A stretch of 64,000 nt of DNA from a virus (taxonomy: Duplodnaviria > Heunggongvirae > Uroviricota > Caudoviricetes). Position numbers and translations under genes: made by a program. Under the pieces are notes generated by a model that saw nothing but the letters and a program-made list of their open reading frames with translations, made no database searches and was not told the DNA's origin. Numbering within the stretch: position 1 is the first letter of the stretch; every line of letters starts with the position of its first letter. Location of the stretch: IMG/VR virus record IMGVR_UViG_3300029923_000009; one strand, 5' to 3'. Positions 45,118-55,446 of this stretch are shown in pieces.

Positions 45118-45840
45118 TTATTTTGTTGATTGATATAAATCTAAAAGTATAGCTATTTTCTGTGATGCATCAATAATCTTCCCATCGGCGTTCTTGTTAA
45201 TTGGTTTTTCTATATATGAAATACCTAAAAAACCAATAGCCATATTACTCCCAGTTAATGATACCATATATAGATATTTTACATTATTTTGAGACATTCT
45301 ATTAGCTAATTTTACATCTATTTTTTTCAGATCTTCTATAGTTCCTTTAAATATTTTATTTTTATAAACATGAGCAACGAAGCTAAATCTGGAAAGATTA
45401 ATATTACCATATTCTTCAGCAATTGGTGGCATATCTGGATTTATCATTTGTTCATAGGTTATTTCTCCATAAACAAATGGTAATCCTGTTGGGTTATTTG
45501 ACCCGTTATGCATTTCAATAACAAATACTCTATCTGAACTTGTTTCTATTAATAACTTTAATAATATAGCATCTATCTGAGGATTTATTTGATTCAATCT
45601 TAATTGCATAGTTGTTGAATGTTTTTTTGTCTCTTCAATTTTCTGATCCTGCATTACTTTTGTTACAATAGCTTTTTGATTTATAAATAAGGCGAGAGTT
45701 AAAGCAAATAATATTAATACAAATAGCCCACCAAAAACCCTAAATAAACCATATTTATCAATCATCCTCAACGTTCTTTCCAACAACCCTAACTTGTCAT
45801 TTATTTGCTCATCTATCTTAGTTGTTGGTATTATATTCAT
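45118..45840 (-). CDS. Single-TM protein with GAF-like soluble domain (possible T4 T-like holin)
   Basis: TM GLFVLILFALTLALF; DRVFVIEMHNG...GFLGISY. Confidence 0.45.
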   Translation of the reverse strand: MNIIPTTKIDEQINDKLGLLERTLRMIDKYGLFRVFGGLFVLILFALTLALFINQKAIVTKVMQDQKIEETKKHSTTMQLRLNQINPQIDAILLKLLIETSSDRVFVIEMHNGSNNPTGLPFVYGEITYEQMINPDMPPIAEEYGNINLSRFSFVAHVYKNKIFKGTIEDLKKIDVKLANRMSQNNVKYLYMVSLTGSNMAIGFLGISYIEKPINKNADGKIIDASQKIAILLDLYQSTK

Positions 45841-45890
45841 TTTTTTAACTCAGCTTATATTTTATTTTAATGATGAGAAAATATGGAATT

Positions 45891-46733
45891 CTAATCCAAC
45901 AAACTACGCATCTTTTCTATTCCTTTTTGTATTTGTGAATCTTCTTGTTTCCTTTGTTCGTTAGTTGGTGTTCCAAATTGTTCTTTACTATCGTAATTAT
46001 ATAACTTTTTAATTCTATTAAATTCTTCGGCTAATTTAATTTTATTTTCATACCCCTTAATTACAGCCTCATTTATTAAGCCATTTATTTTCCAGGCTAT
46101 TAAATATTCATTTTGATTTTTATCTTTCATAATGAAATTACACCCATCTTTTTTATAATCTTCTGGGATTAAACTAAGCATATGACTTTCACCTAAAAAT
46201 TGAGTGTTTTTAAAATTCAAACGTAGTGTTTTAGTTAAATCTACACTCTCAAATGCGGTAGGCTTCTTTGGTAAATCAATAAATTTCGAAACCAGACCTG
46301 TGCTTTTTAGAATATGCTCTTTATCTGTTTTATCTTCGCTTGATTTATCAGCTGCTTTATAATATTCTTTATTCCCTTTATCGCTCGTAGCTGCATCCTC
46401 TTTATCTACACTATTACCCATTGATGGGTCACCTTCGATGCCTTTTTTTACACGTTCTTTCCATTTGTCACCAGGATCACTAGGAAACTCAAGATCTAAA
46501 TTTGTTTTATTGTTATTTATATCACCTTTAGCATCATTGAATTTAACTGGATTGCTTTCATCACCAATATTTTTTTTAGTGGTTGCACCAGTGTATTCTA
46601 ATGTATTTTTATTGGATTCGATATTGGATTTTTTATTTTTATCAGTAACACCTGGACCAAGAACTGGCTTGAATTCAGAGATACCTTCTCCAATCATTTC
46701 ACGTAATTGTTTTCCAGTTAAGATGGTTTCCAT
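45891..46733 (-). CDS. Putative virion-internal protein
   Basis: 280 aa, K/D/E-rich; TATTTATA at 46797. Confidence 0.6.
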   Translation of the reverse strand: METILTGKQLREMIGEGISEFKPVLGPGVTDKNKKSNIESNKNTLEYTGATTKKNIGDESNPVKFNDAKGDINNNKTNLDLEFPSDPGDKWKERVKKGIEGDPSMGNSVDKEDAATSDKGNKEYYKAADKSSEDKTDKEHILKSTGLVSKFIDLPKKPTAFESVDLTKTLRLNFKNTQFLGESHMLSLIPEDYKKDGCNFIMKDKNQNEYLIAWKINGLINEAVIKGYENKIKLAEEFNRIKKLYNYDSKEQFGTPTNEQRKQEDSQIQKGIEKMRSLLD

Positions 46734-46837
46734 ATAATTTTTATTTTCGTTTTATTTTCAATTAACTATTGTAATAAATTACTTTTATTATAAGTATATA
46801 AATATTATTATTTATACTATTTTTTTGAAAATTATTT

Positions 46838-47293
46838 TCATAATCCACCTATTTTTCTATTGATTGGTGACATAAACGGAATTTCAAAGCTACCACCAAC
46901 TGAACTACACGTATTTACTCCACCCATATCTCCACCACCTTCACCATCTTCAGTTACAAGTTCTTGTTCTGGAAACATATCATAATATAATCTATCAACT
47001 TTTCGTTCGAAATTTTTCTTTGGAACCATTAATTTAATCTCTGTTAAACCTGTATCCTCTGATAATTCTAACTTTCTTTCAACTAGACCAAATCTCAGTA
47101 ACTTATTTAATACTTCGCTATTTCTTAATCCATTTAAACCCCAGAAATTACCTTTATTTATTGTATGATTATTTGAAAGCATTTCATATAAAAAAGATTT
47201 TACTTCTTTAATGAACTCATCTCTTGATATTTTTTGAGCTTCAATAGACTCTTTTAATATCATTAAATTATCTTTATTAATAAGTATGTTCAT
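46838..47293 (-). CDS. Putative virion-internal protein
   Basis: 151 aa; N-terminal ILKE motif. Confidence 0.6.
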   Translation of the reverse strand: MNILINKDNLMILKESIEAQKISRDEFIKEVKSFLYEMLSNNHTINKGNFWGLNGLRNSEVLNKLLRFGLVERKLELSEDTGLTEIKLMVPKKNFERKVDRLYYDMFPEQELVTEDGEGGGDMGGVNTCSSVGGSFEIPFMSPINRKIGGL

Positions 47294-47300
47294 TAGTTAA

Positions 47301-47507
47301 TTATTTATTTATTGTATCGGCCCAGAAATTTTTACGTTGCCATAATAGTTTATATAACTCCTCTATTACTTTGGCTGAAATTACCTTTGTTCTTGCTTCA
47401 AAATCTTTTGATTTTAATTGCTTTGCGTTTTCATCTCTAATTAAACTAATAATTTCAGGCTTTGAAAATTCTTCTTTAATTAATTGTTTTAATCTGTTCG
47501 GTTCCAT
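47301..47507 (-). CDS. Putative virion-internal protein
   Basis: 68 aa; LIKEE motif; TATTTATA at 47531. Confidence 0.6.
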   Translation of the reverse strand: MEPNRLKQLIKEEFSKPEIISLIRDENAKQLKSKDFEARTKVISAKVIEELYKLLWQRKNFWADTINK

Positions 47508-47596
47508 ATATTATTTTAATATATTTTTAATATAAATAGTATGTAAAATAAAAAAAGCTAGATTTCTCTAACTTTTTAACTATATAAATAAAATAA

Positions 47597-48046
47597 TTAT
47601 TTATTTTGATAATCCCCCAATTTTTCATCCCAATATGTTTTCCACTGGTCTTTTAAAACTACGAGTTTACCAAGTTTATCAGATGTGTCTTTTGATAGTA
47701 AAACAGAATCACCCCAAATATATAATCCACCACTTTGATCATTATATCTGAATTGAAATTTTAAATTGTTCATTCCCGTAATTTCACCATTAAACACAAC
47801 ATCACTATCCGCTGTATAAACTATTAATGAATTAGAGTCTGTTTTAACTGCCCCAACAAATTTCTGTAAGTTAGCCTTTAATTCCATAAAATATGGATCA
47901 CTCTCTGGAATTACAATTGTATTTGAGGTATCATTGTTGGATGGGTCTGCTGTTTCAAACTCTTCTGTTAATCGACGTAGTGTTTGACACATTTTTCTGG
48001 TAATATCCGATTCGTTTAAAAGTACCACGTTACTATTTTTAGTCAT
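47597..48046 (-). CDS. Putative late protein
   Basis: 149 aa; LLNE motif; CTATTTATAATAAA 16 nt upstream. Confidence 0.65.
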   Translation of the reverse strand: MTKNSNVVLLNESDITRKMCQTLRRLTEEFETADPSNNDTSNTIVIPESDPYFMELKANLQKFVGAVKTDSNSLIVYTADSDVVFNGEITGMNNLKFQFRYNDQSGGLYIWGDSVLLSKDTSDKLGKLVVLKDQWKTYWDEKLGDYQNK

Positions 48047-48071
48047 TTTACTTATTTTTATTATAAATAGT

Positions 48072-48806
48072 TCAAAAAACGGTTTTTTCTAAATATTTAC
48101 ACCTAATTTTACGAATCGACTCATCAATTATTTTAGAAATTCGCATATATGAGATATTATACATTTTAGATAATTCAGTAATATTTAATTCATCATGTTC
48201 TTCAATTCCGAAATAATGTTTAACAATGGTAGATTCTCTTGGGCTAAGTTCATCTAAATAAAATAACACACTTTTAAACATGTCTTCAATTGCCTCAAAT
48301 TCAGCTTTTTCATTTTCATCATCTGAAAAGCTTTGAATAGATGATTTTATTGTTTTATCTATACTAATATCGTTTACATCTTTATCTAATTCATTAAGCA
48401 CTTCTACTCCATTAGTCATAATATCAAATTTAAAATTTGGCTCTCGTATTTCTAACCACTTACCCTCGTTTTTAATGGATGACGTAATTGCCTCTTTAAT
48501 TTGCCAGTAAGCGTATGTAGAAAATTTAGTACCAATCTTATAGTCAAACTTATTTGCTGCGAGTATAAGACCTCTATTTCCCTCACAAACTAGATCTTTA
48601 TATTCTACACCTCTATCTTTATACATTGATGCAATATATGGGACTAATTTTAAATTTGAAGTGACCAGCTTATCTCTTGATTTTAGATCTCCTTTTTGAA
48701 TTGCTTTACTTAATTGTTTTTCCTCTTTTAAATTAATTCTTGAAAATTTTTTCATTTCAAGGCCATATTGCTTTAGAACATTATACTCTTTTAATTCTTC
48801 TCTCAT
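48072..48806 (-). CDS. Phage sigma70-family RNA polymerase sigma factor
   Basis: Region 2 LVTSNLKLV...DLVCEGNRGLILAANKFD...KFSTYAYWQI; region 4 LSPRE...YFG...ISYMRISKI. Confidence 0.9.
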   Translation of the reverse strand: MREELKEYNVLKQYGLEMKKFSRINLKEEKQLSKAIQKGDLKSRDKLVTSNLKLVPYIASMYKDRGVEYKDLVCEGNRGLILAANKFDYKIGTKFSTYAYWQIKEAITSSIKNEGKWLEIREPNFKFDIMTNGVEVLNELDKDVNDISIDKTIKSSIQSFSDDENEKAEFEAIEDMFKSVLFYLDELSPRESTIVKHYFGIEEHDELNITELSKMYNISYMRISKIIDESIRKIRCKYLEKTVF

Positions 48807-48809
48807 TTT

Positions 48810-51227
48810 TTATTGGTTATTACCATTAATTTCTATTTTAGCGGATGAAATATTTTTCTGTTTGTCGATTCGGACGGTAGTGCTATGCCAATCCTTAATA
48901 GAATCCAGATGGGTGACGTGTAAAATGAATTGATAATCCTTTTCAATTTTCTTATACATTTCTCTCATGTTATCATAGTTCTCACTCGCAACTCCGCCAA
49001 GAATTTCATCTAAAATTAAAAAGTTTGGTCTTGGCATTGTTGATATATTCCCAAGAACACATCTTAAAGCCAGCGCCGATGCTGTTTTTTCGAAACCAGA
49101 CGCACCGCCCAAACTTGATGCCACATCATCTTTAATTATATTAAAAACTACCTCGTTTTTATCTGTTAAAGCAACTTCAATGTCAAAATCACAAACATCT
49201 TCCAAAAGTCTACTTAATTCGGAATTTATAATTGGTAGTGTTTTCTTTAACACCATTTTCGAAATACCATTTTTACCAACCATTTCTAAATAAGCTTTCC
49301 AATCTCTGATTAAAATAGCTTCAGTATTAATTTCTTTAATTAATAACTCATTTGTTTTAATTTTTTTATCTAATTCAACAATATTCCTTTCGAAATTTTC
49401 AATTTCTCTTAATTTGGCATCTCTTTCTATTGTAAGTGATCTAATTTTTGCATTGATGTTTATTAGACTGATATCTATCTGATTATTCTTTTCAATTGCA
49501 CCCTTATTTTCATTAAAATCTTTAATTTTTTGTTCATTTTCTTTGTATTGAGATAATAAATTTTGAATTTGGACTGGTATTATTTCAATTAAACCTATTA
49601 ATTTTGCTTTTTTATCGAAAGTTTTTTTATTATTTTCTAATTCAATAATTTCAGATTTAGTTGTATTTAAATTATTAGCTGATGTTATTCCAGATTTTTT
49701 TAATTCTTCTATTTTTAATTCGTTTTGTGATATTGCACCAGAATTATCCAAACCATCATATTTCCTTTTACATGTTGGGCAAAACTCGCTTTTAGTTAAA
49801 TTTTCGTTTGTTAATTTTAATGTGGTAATTTTATTTTTTATATTACTTATTTCAATTGAAATTTCTTTATCTAAATTAATCTTACCCTTATAAATAATTT
49901 CATCGAATGTAATATCTTTTAATAGTTCAAACTCTGATTTATATCCAGCTAATTCTAATCGTTTAGATGCACCTTCTTGTTTTATTTTTTCAATTCTACC
50001 GTTTACCGTATTAATATCTAATTTTAATATATTTTGATCGATTTGTTTTTTTGAAAGTAATAATGTGTCCTTGGATTGCTGTTCGATTTCTGTTAACTTA
50101 TTTAGCTCAGTAACTCTGGTTTTCGATAAATTAATATTTTCATTATTTGTTTTGATAGAGATATTATTGTTTTCAATTACCGAAGTTAATTCTATTTTAT
50201 CATATAACTTTGATTTTAAACCTTTTTCAAATTCTTTATATTTATCCTTTGCAAATTTATCTTTTTCCTCCAGTGGTGATAATCCTACCCATTTAGATAA
50301 TAATTTACCTGTTTCTGTTTTACCCATTTCAATTAGAGAGAATAGATCAGTAGCAGTTGTCATTACAATCATTCCAAAATCTTTTTCGTTACCGATAGCT
50401 TCTTTTATTATTTTATTGGTTTTTACTGAATACTCACCCTGTTCGTTTGAAATAGAATCCGTTAATTCTTCCTTTTCACCATTTATTATTTGGTAATATT
50501 TAACCTTTTGTGATGCATCTCCCCATTCACCAGTACGTTTTTTTGCTCTTGTAACTACTCGTTCAATTACATAAGTTAACCCGTCTATTTTAATACCACC
50601 ACATACATTAAAGGTTGTAACATCTAAATATTTATTGAAACATTCTGATAACGTGTATGGCTTTTGAGTTTTTCCGAAGTATAAAAATGATACTAAATCC
50701 ATAGCGAAACTAGTTTTTCCGTTTTGATTTCCACTAGTTACTCCGTCTATACTACCATTCAAAAGAATTAAGCCTTTTAAGTCTGTATAATCAAACCTAT
50801 TATCTGGACCGTAACTTAGGAAATTGCTCCATTCAATCCATTCCAATTCAGATTTTCTAAACTTTTCATAAACATCGTAATCAATTTTGGAATTTATCTC
50901 AGAATCAATAACCTTTATATGTTCAAAATCAATATTCTCGATTTTATTATCGATAATGTAATCATTAAATAGTTTTAATTGAAATTTTGGATCTTGAATA
51001 TTATTTATAACCTCGGACGAAACATCTATTTGTTCTCCTTTTTCATTTAATTTGATCGCATTAAAAGAAACTTTTACCGATTCTTTTGGTATTCCATATC
51101 TATCGGCAAATGTCGATATAATATGTTTTTTTGATTCATGAGAATAGTTAATTGGATTGTCGTTCCATTCAACATTGATTTTTGATTTCTTCCCTACTTT
51201 AACTCTATATTTATTATTTACTGACAT
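48810..51227 (-). CDS. gp46/SbcC/Rad50-like SMC ATPase (recombination endonuclease subunit)
   Basis: Walker A GNQNGKTS, long coiled coil with CPTC Zn hook, ASGFEK signature, LILDE Walker B, HVTH. Confidence 0.9.
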   Translation of the reverse strand: MSVNNKYRVKVGKKSKINVEWNDNPINYSHESKKHIISTFADRYGIPKESVKVSFNAIKLNEKGEQIDVSSEVINNIQDPKFQLKLFNDYIIDNKIENIDFEHIKVIDSEINSKIDYDVYEKFRKSELEWIEWSNFLSYGPDNRFDYTDLKGLILLNGSIDGVTSGNQNGKTSFAMDLVSFLYFGKTQKPYTLSECFNKYLDVTTFNVCGGIKIDGLTYVIERVVTRAKKRTGEWGDASQKVKYYQIINGEKEELTDSISNEQGEYSVKTNKIIKEAIGNEKDFGMIVMTTATDLFSLIEMGKTETGKLLSKWVGLSPLEEKDKFAKDKYKEFEKGLKSKLYDKIELTSVIENNNISIKTNNENINLSKTRVTELNKLTEIEQQSKDTLLLSKKQIDQNILKLDINTVNGRIEKIKQEGASKRLELAGYKSEFELLKDITFDEIIYKGKINLDKEISIEISNIKNKITTLKLTNENLTKSEFCPTCKRKYDGLDNSGAISQNELKIEELKKSGITSANNLNTTKSEIIELENNKKTFDKKAKLIGLIEIIPVQIQNLLSQYKENEQKIKDFNENKGAIEKNNQIDISLININAKIRSLTIERDAKLREIENFERNIVELDKKIKTNELLIKEINTEAILIRDWKAYLEMVGKNGISKMVLKKTLPIINSELSRLLEDVCDFDIEVALTDKNEVVFNIIKDDVASSLGGASGFEKTASALALRCVLGNISTMPRPNFLILDEILGGVASENYDNMREMYKKIEKDYQFILHVTHLDSIKDWHSTTVRIDKQKNISSAKIEINGNNQ

Positions 51228-51255
51228 ATAAACTTATTATATTGATTAATTTTTA

Positions 51256-51287
51256 CAAATGTACGTAAAAGAATCAAGAAAAACAAG
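51256..51287 (-). promoter_or_regulatory. Bacteroidota-type promoter driving gp46 and sigma
   Basis: CTTG-N20-TACATTTG on minus strand. Confidence 0.85.
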
Positions 51288-51302
51288 TTGCTTTTAATAT
51301 AA

Positions 51303-51878
51303 TTATACCATATAACACTTTAAAATTGTTTTGGTTTGGCCATATGTTAATGAATTTGGGTTGATGTCGGAAAGATATATATATTTATTACCAGTAGCAA
51401 TTCCACACTCATTTAACTCTGTATAATAATAATTATCACCAACACCATTAAATAATAACCCATTATTATCTACTATAGCCCACATAGAAGTATCATTTAA
51501 TTGACAATTTGGTGAATTTAATATATTTTCAAAATAATAATATCTATCAGATTCTTGGTCGTATATCACTCTATTCTCAAATCCACTATCATCTGTGCTT
51601 GTATACCCTGTTGTAACTAAATCCGATATATAAGATTCAGCAAATTCTGAAATTGAATTTACTTGTAGATAGATTGAGTTATCTCTATTGTTGATAGAAT
51701 AATTTATATTTGAATTATAAAATGGTTTAACATAGACACCCATAGGTAAATATGTAATTATATTCCTTGTAACTACATCCTCGCAATTACAAGTTAAATC
51801 TTGAATATATGTTGAATAAATGTATTTTTTGATTAAACATACCCCACCACTTACATCTTTTATCATTGTGTTTATCAT
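51303..51878 (-). CDS. Putative structural protein
   Basis: ORF re-started at ATG 51878, 4 nt after the previous stop; N/T/S/Y-rich. Confidence 0.6.
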   Translation of the reverse strand: MINTMIKDVSGGVCLIKKYIYSTYIQDLTCNCEDVVTRNIITYLPMGVYVKPFYNSNINYSINNRDNSIYLQVNSISEFAESYISDLVTTGYTSTDDSGFENRVIYDQESDRYYYFENILNSPNCQLNDTSMWAIVDNNGLLFNGVGDNYYYTELNECGIATGNKYIYLSDINPNSLTYGQTKTILKCYMV

Positions 51879-51882
51879 AACG

Positions 51883-54549
51883 TTAAAAATTAAATAAATC
51901 TGTTTTTTCAATCCATTTCGGTGACTCATCTCTTTGACAACTACCATTATCACCAGTAAATAGAATTTCTCGTTCGAATCCAACTATAGTGTCTTTAGGG
52001 TGTGCTGGTATTTGAACGAACATATCACCAAAATCTTTTTTTATTAAATTAGTTAGGTCGCTTGTAAATCCAGTTGATGTTTCATCAAAATAGTTCATGT
52101 TTTTATACCTTAAAATAGTTTGTCCATTGAAATTTTGATTTATATCATTTGTTCTACCACAATATTTATCTACTAATACCCATTTAGGTGTATCTGTGTT
52201 AATTAACACAAAATCAAAAATGGCTGATGAAGGTATTACATGTTCTAAATATGGTAATATAAGGTTCTTTATTGAAATAAATATTTCTTCTTCTGATATA
52301 CCAGTTTTTCCTATCATATTACCAGCATAAAATAATTCTTTAGCTTTTTTAGCGTTAATACCAATAACAAAGTTCTTTAAATTTAGAGTTAATTTACTAT
52401 CTGATATGTTATTATTACTATCAATATATATTAAATCACCAGTGTCTGTTAATATATTACGATAAAAATCATCTGTTAATATATTCTTCCCACCAATGTA
52501 ATTTTGGTCTCCAATCCATTTAATTTTATTATTATCAACTGTTTTTATTGAATTTATATTAAAACCTATACTATTCGTATATTCAGTTAAATCAATACTT
52601 GGATAATTACCTTGTTTATCAATATCTGTTTTAAATAAATTCGTAAATTGATCAATATAATTAAAGCCATAATCATAGCTACCATTACCAGTATGAGGGT
52701 TATTTCCACTTGTTATATTAGTAACATATGTATTACCTGTTAGGTCGGTGTGCTGACCACCTGTCTCTCTATACCACCCACCCATTTGTTGAAAATAAAA
52801 TTCATTTGAATTTACTCTTGCTTTTGGGTATCCATATGTATGCTCTATTATGGAAAAATGTTCATCGAAATCTAAATCGGTAGCCGTATCACCTGTATGA
52901 GTATAATTCATTGAACCTTTTGGTGACATTACAAATGTCCCTACGTTCACACCTGTTAATAAAATATCATCGCTTATTATTTGTTGTGAACCATATAAAT
53001 TTTCAATCTCGTTTAACCTTAATTTTTCATTTAGAGTTATAATATTTTGTAGGGTTGTACCTGTTATATAATTATCTACTTTCTGTGTGTATTCGCGAAC
53101 ATCGTAAATACTTTCATCGATACCGAACATACCAAATATTTTTCTAATTGATGCTCTCGTGCCTTTCGAGCTACTAATACTTTTAGATGATAAAATTATA
53201 CGTCTATTTAATTCATTAGTACATTCCAATAAATTAAAATTACCATCACAACCACGAAATATTTTATTGGATGTTACACCTGTTTCTGGGAATATATTTA
53301 ATAATGATGGACTTTCCCATCCTAATGAATTTACCTTTCCCTGTAAATATTTTTCTGGAATATTATCCTTTTTATCATAGGATATATTATTTGTAAAAGC
53401 TATACCTTCAGCATATTTTTTAACTTCATCATAAAAACGTCCGTAAATCCTCAAAAGTGATTGAATCTTTGTACCTCCAGCTACATATTCTTCTAATAGC
53501 TCATTATCTATAACCTTTTGATATGTTGAATCCATGTTTTTAATGGAATCGTGGGTCATCATTCGATATATATTATCAGAATATTTTTCATCTACTAAAA
53601 TTGAACTATCTATTAATTCTTGTATGAATAATTCGTAATCTACTGATGTGATATCTATATTATACCCATCATATGTTCGCCAAATAAAATCACGATAATT
53701 ACTTGAAATACCGTCTTCTGTTTCTTCTGGGATTTTAAATGTCGATTTATATTTTGGTTGTGTTTTTCTGTTTAATAACGTACTTTGAAAATCATCTAAA
53801 CTATCAAAAAATTCATCTTGTTTTTTTAATGACGGTTTAATGTGAAATGAAGTACTGAGTGATATTACCTTATCTAAATCTATAATAATATTACTTCCTG
53901 AACTAGTAAACCCAGTAATCGATGCCGTTTGATTATCTTCAGTTAATATAATGTAATCTGAATAAGAAGTAGCTAATGTTTTTAAATCATATGATAAATT
54001 TCTATCATATTCATAACTTAATAAATTTAAGTTAAATGGATTGGATATATTCGATATTGGTATTGTTATAATTTTTGTATTGTTACCACTAATAATTGAA
54101 CTATCACTAATAAATAACCCACCTGGAAATCTATTAATAATATCTTCTACCGAAGATCTAATTAAATCATTTGTTGAACCATAATAACAAAATTTAGATA
54201 AATCAAAATATGATTTTTTAAAATTTATATAAGTTTTTTCTGGTGTTAACTTAACATTTAAAATATTTTTATCTAATGGGGTTTTGCCTGTATCTGGTAT
54301 AGATAATAAATCATTTAATGTGTATTTACCAGTAAATTCACCGTTTGTATATTCTTTTTTATCGGTAGTGTCTGTATTTGTTATAAATGTAAAACCACCC
54401 TCTGTTCTAATAGTTAAATTTTTATTAACGTAATTATATGGTTCACCATAAGTAAGGAGGTCATTTTCTAAAATGGTCCCACTATTTGTAGCTATCGGAT
54501 TACTTTTTTTTATATAATTAGAAAATGATTTTGTGTATTTCTTAGCCAT
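51883..54549 (-). CDS. Putative baseplate wedge protein (gp7/P2 gpI-like motif)
   Basis: NRRIILSSKSISSSKGTRASIRKIFGMFG resembles the KGT motif of contractile-tail wedge proteins; start MAKKY at 54549. Confidence 0.55.
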   Translation of the reverse strand: MAKKYTKSFSNYIKKSNPIATNSGTILENDLLTYGEPYNYVNKNLTIRTEGGFTFITNTDTTDKKEYTNGEFTGKYTLNDLLSIPDTGKTPLDKNILNVKLTPEKTYINFKKSYFDLSKFCYYGSTNDLIRSSVEDIINRFPGGLFISDSSIISGNNTKIITIPISNISNPFNLNLLSYEYDRNLSYDLKTLATSYSDYIILTEDNQTASITGFTSSGSNIIIDLDKVISLSTSFHIKPSLKKQDEFFDSLDDFQSTLLNRKTQPKYKSTFKIPEETEDGISSNYRDFIWRTYDGYNIDITSVDYELFIQELIDSSILVDEKYSDNIYRMMTHDSIKNMDSTYQKVIDNELLEEYVAGGTKIQSLLRIYGRFYDEVKKYAEGIAFTNNISYDKKDNIPEKYLQGKVNSLGWESPSLLNIFPETGVTSNKIFRGCDGNFNLLECTNELNRRIILSSKSISSSKGTRASIRKIFGMFGIDESIYDVREYTQKVDNYITGTTLQNIITLNEKLRLNEIENLYGSQQIISDDILLTGVNVGTFVMSPKGSMNYTHTGDTATDLDFDEHFSIIEHTYGYPKARVNSNEFYFQQMGGWYRETGGQHTDLTGNTYVTNITSGNNPHTGNGSYDYGFNYIDQFTNLFKTDIDKQGNYPSIDLTEYTNSIGFNINSIKTVDNNKIKWIGDQNYIGGKNILTDDFYRNILTDTGDLIYIDSNNNISDSKLTLNLKNFVIGINAKKAKELFYAGNMIGKTGISEEEIFISIKNLILPYLEHVIPSSAIFDFVLINTDTPKWVLVDKYCGRTNDINQNFNGQTILRYKNMNYFDETSTGFTSDLTNLIKKDFGDMFVQIPAHPKDTIVGFEREILFTGDNGSCQRDESPKWIEKTDLFNF

Positions 54550-54553
54550 TTTT

Positions 54554-55438
54554 TTATGCGTTTCCAATTATTGTGTTATGGTCTTGTGTGAAATCAATAT
54601 TTGTTTTGTTTTCTTTCACTTCAAATACTGGTTTTCCAGTGGCAGATTCTTTGATTACATAATGTTCTGCTTGACTAAATATATTATTACTATTATCATA
54701 TGTGGTTATTAACCCATTGTCTAGTGTTCTTATTTGATTTCCGTTTATCGATGTATATAACGACTCAATATCATTATTAGTTAATTCTATTTCTAATAGT
54801 ACTGGATTAAAAAAAGTATTACTTAATATAATCTTTGTTCCACTATTCCCTATGTATGGTATTGAATTTGGATTCGCATTTGTTGCCGATGATGGTGTTA
54901 CAGTTAAAAATAATAAATCAGAACTATCATTAAATCTATAGCTAACAGATTTTTGACTAGTGCTTATAATATTTTGATTAACTGGTTCACATCTATTATT
55001 TGATGTTATTATCCTAAATAAATTACTTACTTTATTACCAATGGAATCGTAATATTCAATTCTATAACCAGAAAGTGTATCGTTACCAACTGAAATACCA
55101 ATTAAATCAGAAGATTTTAAAATAATACCCCTAATATTTGGATATGCAGATAAAATACCGATATCTTGTATGTTAACTTCTACTTGTTTTGGTCTAATAT
55201 ATATATTATAAATACCTACTTTATTAAAAATATCTAAAGGTAGTTTTAAATTATATATTCCACCAATAGGATTTACTGTTGAACCAGGCGCTAATTGCGC
55301 TGATAAAAATTTGGTTATATTGTCTGTTTGATAATTATCATTAACAATACTTCTATTCTCACTGTAAGACCAAAAGATCTCAGCATCTGTTGCTGGGTTA
55401 AAATCAGCGGCTCTATTAATTCCGTAGCTACTTGCCAT
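54554..55438 (-). CDS. Putative structural protein
   Basis: 294 aa, beta-rich, in structural operon. Confidence 0.65.
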   Translation of the reverse strand: MASSYGINRAADFNPATDAEIFWSYSENRSIVNDNYQTDNITKFLSAQLAPGSTVNPIGGIYNLKLPLDIFNKVGIYNIYIRPKQVEVNIQDIGILSAYPNIRGIILKSSDLIGISVGNDTLSGYRIEYYDSIGNKVSNLFRIITSNNRCEPVNQNIISTSQKSVSYRFNDSSDLLFLTVTPSSATNANPNSIPYIGNSGTKIILSNTFFNPVLLEIELTNNDIESLYTSINGNQIRTLDNGLITTYDNSNNIFSQAEHYVIKESATGKPVFEVKENKTNIDFTQDHNTIIGNA

Positions 55439-55446
55439 TATTTATA

